From: an uncultured Methanosarcinaceae archaeon
GTDB taxonomy: Archaea > Halobacteriota > Methanosarcinia > Methanosarcinales > Methanosarcinaceae
Direction of reading: 5' to 3'
DNA: 50,192 nt
NCBI GenBank assembly: GCA_963733675.1
Contig: CAVTET010000013.1
Coordinates: 1 to 50,192, forward strand
A program made the position numbers and the translations under genes. Shown here piece by piece: positions 42,588 through 50,192 of the stretch. Below the pieces are notes generated by a model. It saw nothing but the letters and a program-made list of their open reading frames with translations. It was not told the DNA's origin and made no database searches. Positions within the stretch are counted from its first letter, which is position 1. Each line of letters begins with the position of its first letter.

Positions 42588-43186
42588 ATATAAAAATGTG
42601 TTACATGGTAAATCTAGATAGTTCCCTGGACATTACATCAAACACGGTGAACCTTCTAGAAAAGAATCAAATTGGCTATCCACACCCAATGGAAATTTTT
42701 ATGTGATATATAAAATGTATCTACCAGGTCCAAGGTATTAAATGGAACTTACCAAATCCCACAAGTGCATAAAGTAATGTCGGCAAAAAATAAAGGGGAA
42801 CTGTAATAACCCCTTTTTAATTATTTAGCTCATTTCAAGCTTTATTAAATCCTATTTTAGCATTTCCTTCGTTATTTTCTGCATTAACTTCTATATTAAC
42901 TATTTTGTATTCAGCTGCTGGAACTATTGTGAAAAGTAAAAAAAGTGTTGTGGTTAATAACAGAATATGAGAAACTAAAACTCCAGCTTTCATTTCTACA
43001 CCTTTTTAGTGTATATGCAGGAAATTATTATTTCTTTTTTATATCATCCTACATTTCAAGTATTAAAGTACAAGAAATCGGTGTACTCAAAGTTCGGGAA
43101 AAAAATGATAACTCGGTTTTTTTGTTTCAAAAGAAGGAGATATAGTTAATTATGGTATTGATAAAGCTCCTGTATTGCTTTCACTG

Positions 43187-43217
43187 ATACATAGGTTTTA
43201 TAGCAAAAACTCTGCAT
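43187..43217. other. 12-7-12 palindromic site (IR copy of 8345)
   Basis: ATACATAGGTTT-TATAGCA-AAAACTCTGCAT. Confidence 0.6.
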
Positions 43218-43299
43218 TAGAATACCAGCTTTGTTATCCTACTCATTGACTCTGGACTCTGTTTGTGTGGCAAAAAAATGATATAGAGTCCATCATGGG

Positions 43300-43472
43300 G
43301 ATGGGTCTGAGCGTTGCAAAAATTAACTATTATGGAAATCAAAGTGTATTATGAATTGGAGAGATTAATACTGCTGATGCTGCACACATCAACAGTATCG
43401 AATTTACTGTATGAGGATTTGTTTGTCTGTTCGACAAAACAATATTTGGTCTAGTACATTATAAACTTTTTT
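43300..43472 (-). ncRNA. Putative sRNA family 2 (IR copy)
   Basis: Mirror of 8090-8262. Confidence 0.45.
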
Positions 43473-43570
43473 ATTTAGTTTCTTTGAAATCCGATATTTT
43501 TTCTATACAACCCACAACATGCATTTGCTTTGCATTCCACAGCACTTTGAAGTTAAGTCAACTGGCTTAC

Positions 43571-44587
43571 TCATAAACTTTCTTCATTTCTTTTATATAG
43601 GTTAAATTTTTCGCAGATGACTACCGAAACCCAGATTGTAGATGCAGGAATGAAGGTTTTCAGAAATTCTATTGCAAATAAGTAATTTGTACAAAACACG
43701 CAGCTGAGAATTATTTTTGGCACTTCAAACAGCAGGAGCGCGATAAACACCCGTGTAGCCCGCTGTCCCGCAGTTCCGGTGTCATCTGGTATTCCTTTTC
43801 TCATAATAAGGAGATATGTGACATTCATGCCAAGTAAATATCCCATATCAGTGTTTAAAGGATGAGAGCCTATCAGAGAGAATGCTATGAGTATAATAGG
43901 AATAACGAACATAAAACAGTAAAAAAATAAATTCTCATGTCTGAAAGCCAATTCAAAACTCTCTTTTTTAAAAAAATCTTGTCTCAGAGAGCTTTTCAGG
44001 AAATACGCAAAAACTACTATGGAAATTAATCCGACAATAGCTCCACCTACAACATCTCCTATGAAATGTTTCCCTAGGTATACTCTTGAAAATGCCATCA
44101 ATACCATTGCGAAAGGAGTTAATATTTTGATTAACCGATTGTTGAAAACAGTTGCATCCCCTCCCCATAGTGCGGTTGTAAGCGACACGTGCCCTGAAGG
44201 AAAACCAAGAGAACCAGGTTTAAAAGCTTCTTGAAGACGAAATGTGTTAAGAATCTGGTTGTCAGGAAGAGCAAAAATGCCTTTTATTCTATTCCCACTA
44301 AAACTCGATGTACTTGTTATGTTATTTTCTAGGTTAATGACCCTTTTATCCACATAATAAGGCCTTGGAAATCCGACTAATATTTTTAGAATATCGGTAA
44401 CCAGGTCTGTCCACATAAATAGCTGAAACAGAAGAAAACTTTTTTTAAAATCAATGCCAAAAATAGCTATAACTATGATGGGCACTATTGACGAGGGATA
44501 TCCCATTTGAGTTATTTGCTGCATTAGATGTGTAAAAAATTGGTTTCCAAGGTGTTGGAGGCAAATTGTAGGTTCAGTCTGGAACAT
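43571..44587 (-). CDS. PAP2-family phosphatase (IR copy)
   Basis: Identical protein to 6975-7991. Confidence 0.9.
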   Translation of the reverse strand: MFQTEPTICLQHLGNQFFTHLMQQITQMGYPSSIVPIIVIAIFGIDFKKSFLLFQLFMWTDLVTDILKILVGFPRPYYVDKRVINLENNITSTSSFSGNRIKGIFALPDNQILNTFRLQEAFKPGSLGFPSGHVSLTTALWGGDATVFNNRLIKILTPFAMVLMAFSRVYLGKHFIGDVVGGAIVGLISIVVFAYFLKSSLRQDFFKKESFELAFRHENLFFYCFMFVIPIILIAFSLIGSHPLNTDMGYLLGMNVTYLLIMRKGIPDDTGTAGQRATRVFIALLLFEVPKIILSCVFCTNYLFAIEFLKTFIPASTIWVSVVICEKFNLYKRNEESL

Positions 44588-44859
44588 TTGTGTAGCTCCC
44601 TAAAAAATTCTGATTTGTGATGAACGGTTGCTATTCAACTAATATTCAGATATATTGACGTAAACAGCATCAAGACACATTAAAAAATTAGTTCTCATTG
44701 AAAGTAAAGAGATAGAGAATTTATTAGAAATTTATTAATTGAGACTAAAGTATTGAAAAATTGAGTTTTGATTTCGTTTATTCGTATTTTTAATTTTGTT
44801 TTGAGTACTATATAATTATTATTTCTTTATTTTTCTATTTACAATGGGTGTTTGGGTTA

Positions 44860-44931
44860 ATTAGTTCCAAGTGTTCCAGGAGCTCCAGATGTTTTAGGAG
44901 TTCCATAAGCTCCATGAGGTCCAAAAGCTCC
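44860..44931. repeat. 9-bp-period tandem repeat (IR copy)
   Basis: Mirror of 6631-6702. Confidence 0.85.
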
Positions 44932-45059
44932 ATGAGTCTGAGATCGACACGGTTTTCTTATAAAAATCAACTTTTCAATTGGCATTACCGTGCCGGACCG
45001 TTTCGGACATAATATTCTTTCCAAATAACGTGCGACACTTTATATTAAATGCCTGACAT

Positions 45060-45398
45060 ATGCCAGATAATATGGCAGATGAGAAACGTAAGATAAGTGT
45101 TCGCATCTCAGTTATAACTCTTGAATCTGTGCGACAACTGGGGTATGATAGTCCGACAGAAGCTATAATCAAAGGGCTAGACTTATTAATCAGAGCAAAT
45201 GATCCGTGCGACAACTGCCAGACAGCGCCGGACAATGGTCGGATACAGGAACAGCAGATCGAAATTGAGTTTTTGAGAAAAGAAATAGATGATTTAAAAA
45301 GTATCCATAATAACTATATGATACAAGTTCAAACTATCCTAAATCAAAAAACAATTGAAGCTCCGGGAGCAAAGAAACCATGGTGGCGATTTTGGTAA
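45060..45398 (+). CDS. RHH/coiled-coil KKPWWRFW protein (IR copy)
   Basis: Identical protein to 6164-6502. Confidence 0.7.
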   Translation: MPDNMADEKRKISVRISVITLESVRQLGYDSPTEAIIKGLDLLIRANDPCDNCQTAPDNGRIQEQQIEIEFLRKEIDDLKSIHNNYMIQVQTILNQKTIEAPGAKKPWWRFW

Positions 45399-45433
45399 CT
45401 CCCGTTATAATTACACAATAGAATAAAAAATTT

Positions 45434-45865
45434 TTAATTATCTCTGCCCAATGCAAACTTCTCTATAATTTGTGCCCTAATGCCATCTGCATCATTGAAT
45501 GCTATCTCAACACTCACATTTTGATTATCAGATACAATATTTGTTTTCTTATAGACCCGGCGTCCAAAGTCTGACGCAAAACGGCGTTCAAGTATCCAAG
45601 TACACATTTGCATGTTACCATTTTTGGCTGCTTCGTTTATGCGTTCCAAAAGAACTTTTGCGGCATCAGCATTGCATTTTTGAATATATTTATAAAACTG
45701 GAAATATTTCCCAGATTTCTCTGTCTGTCCCCTGTTCATATATTCATTGAATGTTTTATATGTGACACCAACTGATTCTGCAGCCAACCGGTATGTGTGT
45801 CCTAAAGCAATATTATCGCCAATTCTTTTTTGTATATCAGGAGTCAGTTTCGAAGGACGAGCCAT
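45434..45865 (-). CDS. Terminase-small-like HTH protein (IR copy)
   Basis: Identical protein to 5697-6128. Confidence 0.55.
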   Translation of the reverse strand: MARPSKLTPDIQKRIGDNIALGHTYRLAAESVGVTYKTFNEYMNRGQTEKSGKYFQFYKYIQKCNADAAKVLLERINEAAKNGNMQMCTWILERRFASDFGRRVYKKTNIVSDNQNVSVEIAFNDADGIRAQIIEKFALGRDN

Positions 45866-46296
45866 ATTATCACCGTTTTTACTTTATAATTAATATTAAT
45901 CAGTATTATATTTGAACATTTAGTTCATTTTGTTCTGTATGGAAATGGGTTATACACGTCAAATCCACAATACGCCATTCTCAGGCTCGGTGGACCATTT
46001 TTTTGGAAAGGCAATGATTAATTCATTGAACTTTTAATAAAAGTCTCACTAGTGAGCTCAGATTAAGTCGTTCTTTTGACCAATTCAATTCCCCAGGCTC
46101 GTACATAATCAGAACTTTGGGTAGGTTCTCGATATTTTTTATATGTTTTTATCACTTTTATCAGATATAAATAAAGTAAAGGGGGATAATCCATTTGGTT
46201 TTTAGCTAGGTTTTCACTTATGTTCTATACTATTTATTCAAAACTAGACTATATAGTATATATGCAAAAAGTATATTATTAATTAAATCTTGTTAT

Positions 46297-46382
46297 ATAG
46301 TATAGGTATTCCAGTACCTTGCAATAGATTCTCCAACAGGCTGCAGGCAGCTGACACCTGCGGCTACAAGATCAACTTTTTT
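46297..46382 (+). ncRNA. Putative sRNA family 1 (IR copy of C)
   Basis: Mirror of 5180-5265. Confidence 0.55.
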
Positions 46383-46656
46383 GACATTTCAGATTTGCGC
46401 CTGTTCACCTACACCAATTAAATAAAGCATAAAAAGATCGATTGCGGGACAATCTAGGCATTTTCAGGAATTAAATGCAATTCTCCTATTACAGGAAGTG
46501 TAAACATGCTTTTGGGGTTGAGATGTAGTCATCGATTGCCTAGAAAGGATGTATCTACCATAATTCTGAAATAAGAACCACTAATGTTAATACTAAATCA
46601 TTTAGATTCGAATAATATATTAGCAAAAGTATATAATTTACTAAATTTAATTATAT

Positions 46657-46743
46657 TTGCAACAGCATCCCATATATCATCAAAGTAGATAAGTGCGCAA
46701 GCTGTAGGGTGAAAATCCCTACAACTTATAAGGTCAACTTTTT
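46657..46743 (+). ncRNA. Putative sRNA family 1 (IR copy of B)
   Basis: Mirror of 4819-4905. Confidence 0.55.
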
Positions 46744-46757
46744 AATATCTAGGACTA

Positions 46758-47539
46758 TTACTTCCAATCCCTAGCTTTCTGTTTTTCTGCGTTATATAAT
46801 ACCGCCCACTGGCCAAACCGTATTTTGTATTAAGGGGTCCTTTCGTTAAATACACTTACAAAAGCGTCTATGTCTTCTACTACACCATTATATTCATTAG
46901 AGTTAGCAAGTTTGTTTAATGCTTTTCTAAGTAGCGGAGCTAAATCTGAATTATCAACATGTCTTTGTTCATCAGTGTCTACAATTGCTTCAGAAGACAA
47001 ATTAGGGGTAGTGAAGACATCAGAAGACACCGAAAGACAATCAGTTTGTATTCTGCTTTTCGATAGCTGTTGGCACACTTTTCCCTGAATTTCACCAGAA
47101 GACAGACTTTTTCCATTTACTTGTAAGAAAATATTTTTTCATCTTTTTCTTGTTCATTATTTACAACTGCTGGGGGGTATTCTAAATTGGGAGTATAATT
47201 CTGTTCTCCTATCTTCTCTTTTATTTCTTGTCTTCTGATATCTTTATTTATATAGACTATATTATTATCGTTGCTACTGAAATCGTTTATACAGAAGTCA
47301 TCTTTGTTTGTCTTCTTATGTATTTTGATGTCTTCCGTGTCTTCAGCTATCAGGGGACATCGTCCCCCGTTTTCTCTCCATTCTTGATCTAATCTTTCTG
47401 CTTTTTCCCTGTCTATACTGGCAACTGTCTGAAACAATATGCAATTGAATTTAACATGATTGTTTCCCGGCAATTGTTTAAAAATACCCCCCACGGACTG
47501 ATACTTCTGAACCAGCAGATTGATAAATATTCTATACAA
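46758..47539 (-). pseudogene. Replication-module remnant (IR copy)
   Basis: Mirror of 4023-4804. Confidence 0.45.
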
Positions 47540-47592
47540 AATGGAACATATAATAATTTTTTAAATTTAGGTCTAGAAAAGGGGGAAAATAC

Positions 47593-48824
47593 ATGATAAG
47601 TATACGTAAGTTATTTTCAATAGCCTTGATGTCAGCATTTATTATTTTAGTGCTGATAAGTATCACATCTGCAACGCCCTTTGCTTATATTACGAATGAA
47701 GGCAGCAACAATGTATCGGTAATTGATACAGCAACAGATAAAGTTACAGCCACTGTAAATATAGGGGGATATGGAGTTGCAGCTACCACATACGGGAAAA
47801 AAGTTCATGTAACGGATTGGGTAGACACCGTTTCCGTAATAGACACAGACACAAACAAGGTTACAGCCAATATATCTGTAGGGGGGCTGGCATATCCTTA
47901 TGGACTTGTAGCTGGTCCAACTGAGAGAATATGTTTGATGAGGACCATGATGGAACTGCATCTATAATTAACAAAACTACAAATGAGGAAATAGATCGTG
48001 TGAATGTAGGAAAGGACACAACTCCTTATGGAGTTGCAGTCAGTCCAAGTGGAAAAAAAGTTTATGTAGCGAATAATGGAGGACTAAAGGGAGGAAGTGC
48101 TTCTGTTATTGACACTGACAAATGAAGTTACAAACACTATACCATTATCAGGTGAGCCTTATGGAATTGTAGTAAGTCCGGATGAGAAAAAAGTCTATGT
48201 AACGTGCTATGACAACGACGACGTAATTGTAATTAATACGTCCACTAATACTATTAAAGCTTCAGTACATGTAAGCGGATTATTTCCTAAGGGAATTGCA
48301 GTCAATCCAGTGGGAACAAAAATCTATGTAACTAATTCGGATGGTGAAAATACATCTATTGGAATTGTCTCTGTTATTGACACAGCTACAAACACTGTCG
48401 TTACCGATATAAAGGTAGGAGAGTCTCCTTATGGAATTGCAGTCACACCGGATGGAAAAAAAGTATATGTGGCAAATGAGGACAGCAATACCATATCTGT
48501 AATTAACACTAAAACAAACAAAGTTATAGCTACAGTGCCTGTAGAGAAAAACCTAATGGAGTTGCAGTCAACCCAACGGGAAAAAAGGTATATGTAGCGA
48601 ATTGGAACGATGATACTGTCTCTGTAATCGACACAACCACAAACAAGGTTATAACTAATGTAACTGTCGGATCACATCCAGTTGCCATCGGGCAGTTTAT
48701 AGGTGGTAACGTTCTAAAAGATAAAGTAAATTTTTCCAAAACTAAAGCTCCTTTTAGTAAACATAAATCAAAAAATCACTTCAAACACCATAAGATAGAA
48801 AAAAAATTACCAATTGAGAAGTAA
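47593..48824 (+). pseudogene. YVTN protein (IR copy) with three frameshifts, possibly consensus errors
   Basis: Deletions relative to the left copy near 47942, 48117 and 48545. Confidence 0.75.
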
Positions 48825-48987
48825 ATAAAAATAACAATATTAAATGAGTAGGTTCCAGGTTTTATCTGGATATCCAAAAATTGTTCCTTTTTTTAGATAG
48901 GTATTATAAAATCAAGACTTCATAATTTTTTAGTTTGAATTTTGCTATTTAGAATATATAAAAAAACTATATTTAATTTAAATTGAG

Positions 48988-49076
48988 TCATAGTTTAAAG
49001 GTCTACCCTACCTTTCAACCAACCCTTCTATGGGCTGCATGCATTGACCCACTTGCAGTTCACAGATCAACTTTTT
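48988..49076 (+). ncRNA. Putative sRNA family 1 (IR copy of A)
   Basis: Mirror of 2482-2570. Confidence 0.5.
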
Positions 49077-49480
49077 GACATCTAGGATCATTTAAATCAC
49101 TTATTGGGGATATTGAATGGATACAGACACGATTCTAATAAATGTTTATAATAGGTATGGCAAGAAATTAATCTTATAGCTTCTGAGTATGTAACGGGTG
49201 TAACTGGTAAAATGTACTCAATCCATTACACCAAAAACGATATTATCTGCCCTTACCAATTTAGTTTGTAACGGGTGTAATGGGTGTAACGGATATTTTC
49301 AAAAAACAAAAAAATGATTATATACCCGTTACAAATATATCTGCTTTGTATAAAACGATATCAATAGCTGTAATTTAAGGGTAACTACCTATCTGAAAGC
49401 TGAATATACCCGTTACAAAAACATTTTTGAACTAGTTGGCAAGAAAATCAGCTTTGAGTTTTTCTATGTACATTTTGTTA

Positions 49481-50192
49481 TCAGTATAAATATATAGGGT
49501 TAGAAGAGTTAATTTGCAGGCATCTTAAATCTCGGCTTGCATGCTCCTATTTCTATGATATCCACGTGTGGAAAACCGCCCCTGTAGGTGTTTAAGGTTG
49601 TGCAAGATGCGCAGTGCATGACTTTATAATGGGATTGAAATACATTTGATTCCAGAGCTACCGCATGCCACCTTTTTGCAACTTTTGACCATATATTATA
49701 TGCTTTATCAGCGTCCTGCTCGATATGTCCTAAAAATGATGCTAAAAACGCGAGTGCTTGGGTTGCACCTACTCCGCATCTATCCAATCCTAATATGTGT
49801 TTTATGCAAGGTGGGTATTCATCATAATCATGACTCATATCTGATACTCTGAATTGAGTTGGGGAAGTAAATTGTTTTCGTTCTTGTTCTAACGTTTTTT
49901 TCTCAATTTTTTGAAGGTATGGAGACAGTTCTACCAAAAAATCATTCGTATCATCATAAACTGTATACCAATATGCTCCCCGTTTAATTATTTCTTCTTT
50001 CAGTGGAATTGTTGCTTCTTCAAATTTAATTTTTATATTATTTTGGTCTAGTGGAATTACTGCAAATTTATGAGTTTTGTGAACGCTGAATATGGTTTTA
50101 AATATCCATTTTGCACCGTTAATGTGGTCAATTTTTACGTATTTTATGTAGTCTGGATATTTTTTAAAGAATTCTATCTCGTATGCCTTAGT
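49481..50192 (-). CDS. PriS-PriL fusion primase, 3' part (IR copy; 1-nt insertion near 49533)
   Basis: Mirror of 1366-2076. Confidence 0.75.

Larger units (their letters stand above)
41732..50192. repeat. Right arm of giant inverted repeat (open at window end)
   Basis: Mirror of 1366-9830; apart from one substitution in the inner-edge site, the differences noticed lie beyond ~47800. Confidence 0.98.

Noticed and set aside
1-50192. Integrase, transposase, capsid, tRNA or att site defining a provirus or IS
   Set aside because: No recognisable catalytic motifs or structural genes in the ORF track, so element boundaries cannot be assigned.

Overview
AT-rich archaeal accessory DNA. Methanosarcina-like origin is inferred from the YVTN beta-propeller surface proteins, the Cdc6/Orc1 and the promoter style. 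It looks like a plasmid or a stack of integrated elements; no integrase, transposase, rRNA, tRNA or CRISPR array was seen. A near-perfect inverted repeat of at least 8.4 kb (about 1366-9830 / 41732-50192, running off the window end) encloses a 32 kb unique core. There are three different replication modules (UvrD-like helicase plus PriS-PriL fusion primase; Cdc6 with a 39-bp inverted-repeat origin; Prim-Pol/SF3 helicase) and a probable remnant of a fourth. A terminase-small-like / RHH-coiled-coil gene pair recurs. Cargo includes PAP2, thioredoxin, dehydratase plus activator, CGGC, CbiM/PDGLE and a HEAT-repeat pseudogene. The most interesting signals are unannotated: (i) a dispersed 12-7-12 imperfect palindrome (at least 9 copies) that brackets cargo genes and marks the inner edge of the giant IR, resembling recombinase sites of a cassette system; (ii) a family of 9 putative ~85-nt sRNA genes with a conserved 3' hairpin/terminator and variable 5' ends, partly in ~361-bp tandem units; (iii) a library of small secreted proteins with one shared leader and hypervariable Gly/His/Trp/Tyr/Cys cores. 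All alignments were done by eye and no database search was run.
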